Source of the DNA: Tubulanus polymorphus
Lineage: Eukaryota; Animalia; Nemertea
NCBI RefSeq assembly: GCF_964204645.1
Contig: NC_134028.1
Location: 3,038,001 to 3,102,000, forward strand
Direction: 5' to 3'
DNA: 64,000 bases
A model generated the notes under the pieces. It was not told where the DNA came from. It saw nothing but the letters and a program-made list of their open reading frames with translations, and searched no databases. A program made the translations under genes and the position numbers. Of the stretch, positions 1 to 12,000 are shown in pieces (within the stretch, counting starts at the first letter, position 1; every line of letters begins with the position of its first letter).

Positions 1-1134
1 AGTGTCTTTAGTTCTATGAAATCCTTATTTGCATCAACTGAATAATAGATAGTATATAAAGTGAATATCATAAAACCATAGGAATTCAGATAACAATTGA
101 CGAAACGTTCTGAGTCTGTGTCGGTAACGATAATATAGAAAAGTCCCGCAATAAGAAAAAAATGAGTCCAAGGGAATGATTCAATTTTGACATTTTTGAC
201 TATGTTCAAATATTCATCTTCAGGAATACTGATTGATTCAAAAATCAATCATCAACAAAAGGAAAAACCACTTCAGACTCGTTTCTCTTTCTGTGCGATT
301 TTTCTTCATAAACCGTTTAGATGTTTTATCACCGTTCATCGCAGTTGTTTTTATGCGTGTAGTTCATTTGTTTCTATGAAAATCACATGAAACCGTCAGT
401 GATCGATCGACGAACTCTGTTCCGACGAGATTTTACCTAGTTATTATCGATGATTTTTCTTCTATCGATTCGGTTCGTCGACGGTTCTGTATTTCATCGA
501 TCGTATTTTGTTTTCCGTCGTCGTTCTGTCGCCGCGATGTAAAATATATCTGCGTAAATCATCGTCGGTCTCTACTAGTTTTATGAAATCACCTATGAAT
601 TTCATCATGCGTTTGTATCGTGCCTTCAGAGCTATTACTATTGAAGGCGCTCTTCGGAGACAAGTGATGACTTGAACGAACATTTCTTGAACTATCCTTT
701 GAATTCGGAGAGAGTTGCTATCACGCAGGGGTTGGGGGTAAGGAATACCGCGTTGGTGTTTGTCTCAAATGCACATTCACCAAATGACATGAGGTGATCT
801 GATATTAACTGAAGGTTCTCTCTTGGAGCAAGGGTTTCGACTCACCTGTAAAGGTTGAAGAGGTGAGAGGGAGCCAGGAGCATGGAGCATTTGAACATAG
901 ACGACTGTAAAACAAGATTGAACAAGATATCAGTAAATAAATCATATGAATTTTCTTAGGAATTCAGTTATGAAGATAGACCAATGCTTGAATATATGAG
1001 TGACTTCTTAGGTAACATACTTGAAGTGAATTGTACATATTTTACTATTTTGCATTCCACTGAAAATCTATTGGTTTTGTTTATCAAAGTATTTAGATGA
1101 AATCATCTTACATCATAAAATCCTGAGTACCATA

Positions 1135-1246
1135 CAGGGCCCAGTTTCACAAAAAGGATTAAAGCCTAAATTGATTTAAGATAAACTGAATTAATGAAAA
1201 ATTAAATCGATTTAAGAGTTAAACCTTTTTGTGAAACTGGGCCCTG
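1135..1246. mobile_element. Palindromic MITE (~112 bp), possibly PIF/Harbinger-related
   Basis: Perfect 23-bp terminal inverted repeat CAGGGCCCAGTTTCACAAAAAGG (1135-1157) / CCTTTTTGTGAAACTGGGCCCTG (1224-1246); the interior is also partly palindromic. Superfamily is inferred. Confidence 0.8.
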
Positions 1247-1267
1247 GCATGTACATGTTTTTACTGT

Positions 1268-1530
1268 GTGATCACACAAGCGTTTTTGGCTTGTGCCAAA
1301 TAAGGCCCTGCGCAACAACTGTTCACAGAGGTACCAAATGAACCTGCGCGTCGGACTAAGCCTGAACCAAATTTCAGCACGTTCAAATTATTCCGTGTAA
1401 ATTGCAACTGCTTCTGGAAATGACTCGCTCGGCTTTATTTGAGCATCGTTTAGTATCGACTGAGTGGTTCATGTGCTCTAATTAGGCACGTGCCAAATTT
1501 AGCACGAGCCCGATCTGGGCCAATTTGGTG
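1268..1530. mobile_element. Dispersed repeat family A, copy 1 (inverted relative to copies at ~7450 and ~15200)
   Basis: TCTAATTAGGCACGTGCCAAA (1477-1497) matches the reverse complement of TTTGGCCCGTGCCTAATTAGA (~15222-15242). CAAATTTCAGCACG also matches in reverse. Boundaries approximate. Confidence 0.6.
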
Positions 1531-2046
1531 TGGAACGAATCATCTCCGTGCGATCGCGGCTAATCCATCTCGCGTGTAGCTTATACAACTATTTTTTTTA
1601 CTCTTTATCACGCAGCCTCATTCAGTATATGAGGAATTCCAATATTTGATCGGAATTCACGCGGCTGCTAGGATGGATAGAACGCTCTCTCCGTATCGGA
1701 TAATTTCTATCCTGCCGGCTGCATTTCCTTCTACAGTTCATTAAACATAATTACACGCCACGTACGTTTTAGTATTACTGATATTACGCCATATAGTGAA
1801 AGTGTTGCAGATATTACCGCATACACTGAACATTAGAAAAAAAAGAATATTATTTGTAAGCCGAAGAGCGTATTCTAATATGGATTTGGAAATAAATTAT
1901 TATTTATTATATTATTTAACGTGTTGCAGATATTTGTTGATGGGAATAATTATAATCGAAAATTGATAGTATATTCATTGGCGATGTTGATAAATTTAAT
2001 GAGAACAGCGCTCACTTGTTGTGAAATATCAGGTACAATTTCTTAA

Positions 2047-2334
2047 CCCTTTCGTTGCATCTACACCGCAGTGCGGTGTATAAATCAGTGATGGATTTTG
2101 CTAGTATGCCGCACTGCGGTGTATTGATGTTATTAGTAATTAGTAATTATCTCTATTGAAAAATGGCAGCACTTGTCAGACATAGTGAACTATTAGTAAC
2201 TAACGATACACCGCACCGCGGTGTAGACGCACTATAGTGGTATTCCCGTTATTCAACACACTATGGTGGAATTTTTTAAAATTTTCAAATTATCTCTAGC
2301 ACTATAGGGTATTAACTAGTCAGCACTGAAAGGG
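2047..2334. mobile_element. piggyBac-type MITE with TTAA target-site duplication
   Basis: TTAA (2043-2046) CCCTTTCGTTGC ... GCACTGAAAGGG TTAA (2335-2338), a 10/12 TIR match. CCC/GGG ends with TTAA duplication are the piggyBac signature. Three internal 19-bp palindromes. Confidence 0.8.
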
Positions 2335-3267
2335 TTAAGGAATTCAGTTACGAAGTCAGTATTGAATATATGAGTGACTTAATTGGTAACATGAACTGAA
2401 ATGTACATATTCTGATATTTTACATTCGACTTAGAAATTTTTGGTTTTGTTTGTCTAAATTTGTAGAGTATAGTTATCCCGCTGATTTTGTTATGAGGAA
2501 AAACCGGTTTTAGGTAAATTCAATTCTCGGGTTTTATTAATATACCGATACCTGGTTGAAAATGTCAGTAATGGCTTAAAGCATTTGCATCGCAGCGAAC
2601 CAGCACCGTTCGCGATATACATTGCAATTGATAAATCCAATTCAATTATTTCTCTTCCGTTTAGACGAAACACTTCACACCTAATGACGCAAATAGTAAA
2701 AAGAATGTCAGTTCTTTCTCAGCACACACCGGCGGGGTTATGGCTGTTTGACGTAATGTGTCTGGCAGGATAGGTCACTTTATTTATCCTGATTCTAGTC
2801 GTGTCCATATTCTCATGTTATAGATCAGTTCGTAACAAATAAGCAGCATCTGTCATAAAGATGACGAATATCCTGACAGGGAGGTGTATAAATGTCACCG
2901 GAGTATTGATTGATAGATGATGAAATTAACCCTATTAAAACTGTCATCGGTGTGTATAAATAAACGCAGCTGTATTTGTCAACTGTATCTCTCGTTTCTA
3001 TGCAGAATATTAATTACCACAACAGAATTATTATTTTTTGGCCGAAGCGTTGTAGGTCGGCTTTGGGGGGTGTTGGTTGTTGGATTGCAGGAAATCAAGC
3101 GAATGGTTTTTCAAGTCAGGAGGCGCATTCGCCAAATAAACCTTCTGGAGTTGGTGTTGGAGTCGGCGTTATTGGCACAAAATTCAAATCTAAATAAATG
3201 GCTGATGTATTAAACGTGAAGATCTCAACTGTTAGGAATTTGATGGATTAAATGTCTCCATATAAAT

Positions 3268-3430
3268 GTCTCTCTCTCTCTCTTTTCTGCTTTCTCCGCT
3301 CACCTCTCTCTCTCACTCTAGCTCTGTCATCTATTCCTTTTACCTCTTTCTTCTCCCTCTCTTGCTTCTCTCCCATTCAACTCTCCCTTCTCTCCCTTTT
3401 ACCTCTTTCTCTCCTCTCTCCCTCTCGATC
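3268..3430. repeat. CT-rich polypyrimidine low-complexity tract
   Basis: About 160 bp of almost only C/T on the + strand. Confidence 0.8.
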
Positions 3431-4575
3431 TCAAAGTAGTTATCTGTTCCTTTTTTTCCATTGCTGCTATTTTAATGTTGGTTTTATAAGCAACATGTGA
3501 CGTGATGGTAGAGCACCACGGCCGGCCGGGTGGCAGCAGCCTGACTCATATACAGCTTGTTTGCTTCAAATGTCATTTTGTGTAAGATTCTGTTATTATA
3601 TCAATATTAAAACAATCCTCGATCAATCAATCATACATCAGTTTAGATTTTCTACGAAATTCCTTTCTTCGAATAAGTATAACTCAATCGGACTCACTTT
3701 TTCTTCTGATTCTATAAATAATTTGTTAATATTACAAAATCCAAGTTAGACATGGCAGTAATATCAGCCGACGTAGCCTAGTTTGACGTGTAGATTCAAA
3801 CTGTTTTTAAAATAGATATGACGGGTTCGATGACTGCAGTTGTTGCGATCATCAGGTGGTGATTAAGGTAATAGTTGAGGCTTATGATACACGTGTAAGT
3901 GTAAACTTCGTCAATTCGCGTTGAGTTTGTTGACTAAGATCTCAATGAATGAGTCAATAATGCGCTGATTAATAGTTGAAACCACATTTGAAGTGACATA
4001 ACAGAAACATGCACAGTTATTATTGTAATCGTGTATTCAGTGCACGCGGTACTCCTTCGATTTCTAGAAACCACTTATTCTCTTGCACTTATGAGAGAAT
4101 TCAATTTCCGTTATTTTCAACGAGTTTTAACGTTACCTCGTGGCTGGAATGGACTCGATTCGAATTGAGTAAATAATGGGTTTTTCTAAAACTGGCCCAC
4201 AGAATGACTAACAGTATAAGGGTTTTTTCATCACAGTAACGCAAAGCTGCAAAAGCGCAGTCAATGTCAGCTCCAACACTTAAAACGGGTATTTAACCAG
4301 TCACTTAATCAATTTGGATCCTCCATTTTGTTAGATATATGTATCAATAATGTCTAATATATTCTTTTCTGCGGTAAAAATTATATTTTAGGTCTCATAG
4401 ATAATGGTGTAGAATGTAATGTTTCCCTGATTGCAGGTTACTATACCTGCGTAGTTGTATTTGCCATAAAAGTGTATAACGTAGAAATGGCCTTTTGTCG
4501 TGTAATAAATCTTCACCGGGCGTTAGAACGTCGTCTCTTGAGTATTCACCAGTATTCCGTCATTATCGCGGCTAG

Positions 4576-5107
4576 TCCTCGGTGGTGTAGTTCCTCGGTG
4601 GTGTACGTTCCTCGGTGGTGTACGTTCCCCGGTGGTGAACGTTCCTCGGTGGTATACGTTCCTCGGTGGTGTACTTTCCCCGGTGGTGTACTTTCCTCGG
4701 TGGTGTACGTCCCTCAGTGGTGTACGTTCCTCGTTGGTGTACGCTCCTCGGTGGTGTACGCTCCTCGGTGGTGTACTTTCCTCGGTGGTGTACGTTCCCC
4801 GGTGGTGTACATTCCTCGGTGGTGTACGTTCCTCGGTGGTGTACGTTCCTCGGTGGTGTACGTTCCTCGGTGGTGTACATTCCTTGTTGGTGTACGTCCC
4901 TCAGTGGTGTACGTTCCTCGGTGGTGTACGCTCCTCGGTGGTGTACGTTCCTCGGTGGTGTACGTTCCTCGGTGGTGTACGTTCCTCGTTGGTGTACGTT
5001 CCCCGGTGGTGTACGTTCCCCGGTGGTGTACGCTCCTCGGTGGTATACGCTCCTCGGTGGTATACGCTCCTCGGTGGTGTACGTTCCTCAGTGGAGTACG
5101 TTCCTCG
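4576..5107. repeat. 17-bp minisatellite (consensus GTTCCTCGGTGGTGTAC), ~31 copies
   Basis: Direct reading of the tandem unit with scattered substitutions. It explains the overlapping repetitive ORFs on both strands. Confidence 0.95.
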
Positions 5108-6027
5108 CTTGTCACTCATTCTGCTATAAAATCATTACAGCTCGTCATAAACATCAATTCGTTTCAAGTTTCATTCCATCGATTAAATCATGCATCGCCG
5201 TTAATTGAAACGCTTTTGAAATTCACCTCATTCAATGAATTTTCCGTGGCTCTTATTGACAAAAATAGTTTCAGGTAGAAATGTGTGTTATTTCAGTATA
5301 AGAATATCAAACATGTTTATGTATACAGATGGCCGAGTAATAGCTATGAATATGAATCAAGTAGCGTCTAATTTGTAAATGTGTTTTCACGTGATTATCG
5401 GGTAAATGTCTGTGGCTGATCGTGGCGTGGAATCGTAATTAAGGGATACGTTGGATAGATCTACCCTGATCCTAGCTGTTACCCGATTCAACGCCGCACA
5501 TGCTAATGTTTCGGGAAAAAACCCGACCAATTCGACCAATTTGTGTCGGTAGTTTATAATGACGGCTACTCGTCAGAATAGAAGACAAGCTGGCGCTGGT
5601 TATTAGGTACCTCCTGGCTATTTCCTATTTCAGTTACATCATCTGTCATCAATAGATTAATTGATGTTCAGTTGATCTATACATTAAGTGAAGAAAGATC
5701 ATTTTATGGAATTGTATGAGGTTATGTAACACTAAATATCATTGAAACTCCTCGGTTTGCTTCATAGAATCATGGACTCTGATGGAATGGATGATTATTG
5801 GTTATTCATCTAGGATTCATTTTCATATTTGTCTCTATTCACATTACTTCGCTCAGTCTATTCTTAGATGGAATGAGCCAATTTAGATCAAACTTTCCGC
5901 TTGTGTGGGAACGCTTAATCCGCTCTAAACTGGAATAGACTATATCAAGAATGTCCTGAATAATGTAGTGTGAAAGCTGCTTATGAGTATGAATGCACTA
6001 ATGCTACAGTTTGGTTATGTTTTTCAG

Positions 6028-9000
6028 ATACAAAATGCATGAACGACAGTTTTTTGATTTCATCAGCGATACCAGCGCAACAGACAGTTTACCCTCAACA
6101 GCAGCAGCAGCAAACTTTAGTAGCAACCGGTCCGATCATCACGACAACCACACCTGTATTACCGGCGAAATCGATCGCGACACCGCAGCGCCCCCTAGAA
6201 CCGAAACCTATCCGGCCAAATTCATCAACATCCTCTAATAAAGCGAACACCGATGGAAAAATGGAGCAAGTTGCGGCAAAGAACTCCGCGATCTCCAACA
6301 ACAGTTCCGTGGCGAAATCACCGAATTCGAAGTCGCCGGGGAATACCAGCAACGAGTCGCGACGCGTCGAAATTAAATGCAAAACCGGTTCGAATTTTAA
6401 ATCAAATAAATCTGCCGCTGATACTACAACTAAAACTGTGAACTCGACATCACCGGAAAGTTGTCGCGATAAAACGAAAAATGACGAACGCGAAATTAAA
6501 AATCCTTCGCATACTAGTCACACGGTGTCGAACATTCTGAAATTGAAAACACCGGAGTCAAAAACAGGAAAACACGTCGCGGTAGAGACCTCGACATCAT
6601 CGGCGGCAGCGGTCACCGTTTCATCTTCGCTCGTCGGGAAATATTCCAAAAATGACGGTACGAGAAAAGTCGAGAGGAACGTGGTCGATTCGACGATGAA
6701 CGACGATACGAATGTCAAGGTCGACGATAATCAGGAGCTGGACGTCGTTACGTCGAGTGACGATACACGAATTCCGGCGGACGATCGTTTAAAAACTCGG
6801 GACGCCGCGGACGACGAACGTATGGTGCTAACGCGTAACGTCGGTGATAAAACAGAGCGTAAAACGTCGACTTCATCCGTGCCAAATGATCATCGCCGAA
6901 ATAACTACGCGGGAAAATGTGATATTGAAAACAGTTGGTCGGGCGTCGAGAAATATCGCGATAGTTTTATCATTGATTCAGTGGCGGCGAAGAGAGCCGT
7001 ACAGAGTTTCACGTTTCACGACGACGACGAGATACGACTAAAACCCGGCCACCTCGACGACGGACTGAATCAATCGATATGTGATAATACAGTGAGTTGT
7101 ATAAAGCCAGATACGTGCAGCAGCAGCAGCAGCTACCGGAGCGGCGGGAGTGGTTCTATAGTCACGTCGGATATTACCGATCGTAACAAAATAACATCCC
7201 CGACCTCGACAACTCCGAGAAAAACGCCTCCTATATCGACGGGAAACACAGAACCCGTCGCAAATAGTGACGTAAAGACTGACGGGCTGACCTCTAAAAG
7301 TCCAGATAGAGGTTCTGCGTATGCTTGTCCAGGTAAGATGCCCGTCTTAAAGAAAAAAAACATCTTTCATATCTGATGCTAAATCTTTAAAGAGAGTATT
7401 CCAGTCTTAACAACATTCTTAAAGCTATGATCAATGCTCGCGCAGAGACGATTCGACCCGGGTTAAACTGGCCCGAACCAGACCTAAGTCTCGATAGTGA
7501 CATGTACTAAAATGCTATCAAAACGATTGTGACGTGTGCACTACTGCTGTTCTTACGACCTGATCGGGTCGAAAGTCGACCTGAGCTCGGCTTAGAAGGA
7601 GCGGTGCCTGATCATCATTATTCGATAGCTTAGTTAACTCGAGCATCAATCTCGGATATCAAATAAACTCATATTTCATAAATTCAGTATGAACCGTATG
7701 AAATATACCCTCATTCAAAATGTGAATTCTCGACAGAATGCAACAACGCCGTATCGGATATCAATCAGTTGAAAATGAATTCATTTGCGATTGATTTTTT
7801 TTGCGGGGAGCAAACACGCATCAAAGTTAACCGGAGTTACGAACATTGATTTAGTTGTAGGGGCATAAACAAGAAAGTGCAAACTGATTTCCCTCGAGGA
7901 ACAATGTATAAAAATGTACTCAACGCGTGTCATGTTTTCGCATTTTATGCATTTGTCGCGTTGAACGCTGAAGCCTGAATTCATAAATAAGTCTTGGGAA
8001 ACGCGTGTATAAAACTGCCAGAAAATTGATGATGCAATGTCTTTTTAAATTTACTGTCTTTATTTGATGTCGTAAAAACCATTACAATAATGTTTATACA
8101 CATTGATAACTAGTATGCGTTATTCAAGTGGTTCTGTTAGGGTTATGTGCTAATTACGTCATCAATATTGGAACATTTCAAAATTACAATCACTATTGTG
8201 ATTTTTGGCGTACATTTTGTATCCAATATATTTCATAACTCTTATTTTATATTTGATGAATTCTGAAAATCATTTTTGAGACGATGTGCACAACGTCATC
8301 AATATATCTGGGCTAGACTGGTTGCCGGTCAATTCAATTCAATTATCGATATATTCAATTCCAAAATAACTTCATTGATCCGTAATAATATCCTTAATTT
8401 TATGTTATGTTATTTATTGTCGATAATGCGTTATTTTCAAGGCATCAATAAAATTTCAAGTATTTTCTTGTTTTTGTAGTTTCCAGTCCAGGCAGTAATA
8501 CTAGCAGCAGCAGCAGCAGTAATGGTGAATTCGTACCTGCTCTTTCTCCCGCTCATCATTTGCCGTATTATCAATCTCTTTATTCCATCGCAAAAACGAA
8601 AACGACGGCAAAAGATCGTCGAAAAGTTCACGCTATGACTTTCACTCCGGAGATTGGCACGATGCCAGGCGTTAACCCCGCACCGGCGAACGCGGCGACG
8701 TCTTCGAAATGTCCAACGATTACGAAAAAGGAGGCGACGAGAGAGGTCGGTAAGAGAACGTCGGGCAGAAATAGTCATTCCAGATCGACGAAAAACAATA
8801 GCGGTCAGAAAACGAAGAAATGCAACGATAATAAACGCGTGAACGCGTCGGACGTTACCGCGGGCTGGAAACAAACTCCCGCAGCCGTTTCAAATGAGCG
8901 AAAACGCAAGAATGACTGCTCGAAAACAAAGAAAAATGATACGGAGAAACTGACAGAGGAGTCGGTTACCGGTGACCGAGTTAATGAAATAAACATCACA

Positions 9001-12000
9001 GCACCGGCAAGTGTTCATTGTTTTGCTAATAGTAATGATGCTGATACATGCTCCGGTGTCGGCGGTTCGCAACGATCACCGGTTTCAACGGGATCAGTTG
9101 TTGACAGTTCCGTTTTACTGCCTTCGTACGCGGATATAATACACCATCCGGGTCCCATAAATCTTCATACGGGATCGCTTAAAAGCCACGCCGCGAAAAC
9201 GCATCCGAATCCCAGCGGTACGGTGGCAATATCGTCTCCCGTTCACGGTCGGTCGAATAGTAGTAGTAGTAGTAGTACTAGTGCTGCCGTCTACAGTTGG
9301 AATCGGTCATTAACTACGTGCCCGTCGCGGTCGACCGTTCTCCGCGGCGACCTCGGCAAAAGCGTCGATTACGCGACGCCGAAACGATGCGTGAATCGGA
9401 ACGCAAAAGAAGCAGATACGATTCGCGAATCGGCGATCGGTTCGAAAAAATCCGGATCGAATAAAAGCGGTCATCAACGTCGCCAGGTGCTGTCGGTCGA
9501 CGAGAAAAAGAGAAAAACGGCGGAAAATATACCGATAGCCAGCGTACAAGCTACGTCATTATCTAATGACCATCAGGAATTAGAGAATAACTCAACAAAC
9601 GATAGCGGCGCTTCTACTGTTACTTCATCGGGTGAGTAGAATTCGAAATTAGATCATAAAACATGTTTTGTAAATCGAGAGAGAGATTGAATAATTCATC
9701 CGCTACTAGAATTACATACGGTAAAACCTGAAGAATTGAGGTGAACTGCTGAATATCCGAACTCTATCGGGCTAGAAAGATTCATGGAGGTTTCATAATA
9801 GTCAATAGCAAATACCGGACCATAGCATGCTGAAATTCAGTGTCGTCACTGAGGTACAAAATGCTATTTCTCAGGGTTTGTTTGAACATTGAAAAATGTT
9901 AACCACCTTAGGACATTCTACTCATATTCCTGGTCATGTATTGCCAAATTTGGTGCCGTGGATTAAGAGCAGTAGCATGTCTAACCATCAATGATAGTAT
10001 GATTATTGACAATATTGCGATGGATTGGGCCCGTAGGTGTTTCGCATCATAACCGGCTTGTGCAGGTCCGATTAGCAGGGCTTGATAAAATGTTAATGTC
10101 TAGCGCACACATGTCTCGCGTCTTCAATGTACCCTGATAATTTCATATGTTCGGAAAAGCCATTAAATCGAGTCCACGTGGTTAGATTTTTCCTGTCCGG
10201 ACAAAATTGTTGCAAGCCGATACAAGTTTGATTGCATAGAATAGTTCAATGCAGGACGCATGCATTCATTAGAGTGAGTGTCAGTGACATTACATGTACT
10301 TGTTTTCTAAACGAGTTCTCGTTCACAATGTGAAGAGGTTTATGAGTCGCTTACTAACATTGTTATTATGGTAATTTCGTTATATCATCAAACTCTGAAT
10401 CTGAACATACGAAGCATTGATCCGTACGCGAAAAGCTATTGACCTTTAATTAATCACTTTCGAAATTCGAAGTGAAAAGCTTGTGAAGTGTTCCTTAAGT
10501 TTCTGATACTGGTTCATAAGTAGAGAGATGAGAGAGAGCTATATTTCATTTTATTAGCCTTATTTTTAGCGTTGAAAATGAAATGTTTTTGACAGTATAG
10601 AACAGACCCGAATGAATACCCGGATGGCTATTGACATTTGTGGTTTGCGGTTTGATAATAGTGGAATCGCTATCAAAGCAAAGGTCGTTCAATGTTATCG
10701 TATTACTGTTCATTGAATTGAAACCGCTGGAAGCTAAAACGAATTAATTTATGAACAGTGTATAAAAGTATATTAGAATAATATTACTACATGACATATA
10801 AGTATTTTATAGGCCTCCATTCTGGTGATAATACACACCGCTGATCCAGTTAGGCAATTTCAACAAATTTCCATAAAATATTTATTTCCAAATTGTCTGC
10901 GAATATAAAACTCGTCTTCGAGAGTTCGTAGTTTAAATATGTTGCCTTGGTATAAAAATAAGAAATGATTGACGGTATTTCGGTACCAGCTCTGTCTCTG
11001 TTATAGCCTGCAGTAATCATTAAGGGCATTCGCGGTATTGAGCTTGGTGAATGCTGTATTATGCCATTGTTTGTTCAGTGATTTTTTTGCTAGTAGAAGT
11101 AGCGATGATGATGTAACCAACTGTTGCTTCATACACTGAGTATCGCTGTTTGTATGGAAAAATATAACCGATGATCGTGAGATAAATACATATATTCACA
11201 TTAGTCGTTATTATACAATGCAGCTACAAACCTGAATTGAAATACTCTCATTTCAGGCCCGTAGTGAACCATGTCTTTATGGGGGTTCAATTTTCATGAA
11301 AGTTGAACTTTTTGTACGGTGCCAATGCAAATGTTGTGTTCTGGGGGTCAATTTTCATGAAAGTTGAACTTTTTGTACGGTGCCGATGCAAATGTTGTGT
11401 TCTGGGGGTCAATTTTCATGAAAGTTGAACTTTTTGTACGGTGCCGATGCAAATGTTGTGTTCTGGGGGTCAATTTTCATGAAAGTTGAACTTTTTGTAC
11501 GGTGCCGATGCAAATGTTGTGTTCTGGGGGTCAATTTTCATGAAAGTTGAACTTTTTGTACGGTGCCGATGCAAATGTTGTGTTCTGGGGGAATACTACT
11601 AGTGCAGAAAATGTTTTGTTAATTAGATGCAAAAAGGAGCAATTTCACAAATTCAGCATATTTGGGGTGAAAAAAATGCTTCTTTTTCGTATAGCGTTAT
11701 AAGCTAAGTTTATGCATATTTTGAATGAAAACAAATAAAAAAATGTTACTAATGAGTGAATCTTTTGAAAATGATGCTCAAATTTTCTTAAATTTTCATC
11801 TGGGTAGACAAGTGGGGAATGAACTTATTACGGGCCTGCATTTGAAAGTTGCTGAATAATATCTCACGATCTCTGTGTATAGGTTTATCTGTTTTATGTG
11901 AAACGTTTCTCATCAATAATTGAAGGAATCTTTCTCACGTCGTTTCGAGAAGATATCCGAATGAAATATTCATTCTCCTCTTAGAGTTCGCTTGAAGCGT

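Noticed and set aside
4472-5278. 268-aa and overlapping repetitive ORFs as genes
   Set aside because: They are by-products of a stop-free 17-bp minisatellite, with the same peptide in all frames and no splice or domain support.
5422-5498. Possible structured ncRNA hairpin
   Set aside because: An imperfect palindrome with many bulges centred on TAGATCTA; more simply an old MITE remnant.
11281-11591. CRISPR-like array (palindromic repeat with regular spacing)
   Set aside because: The sequences between the palindromes are identical rather than unique spacers; the context is eukaryotic and there are no cas genes.
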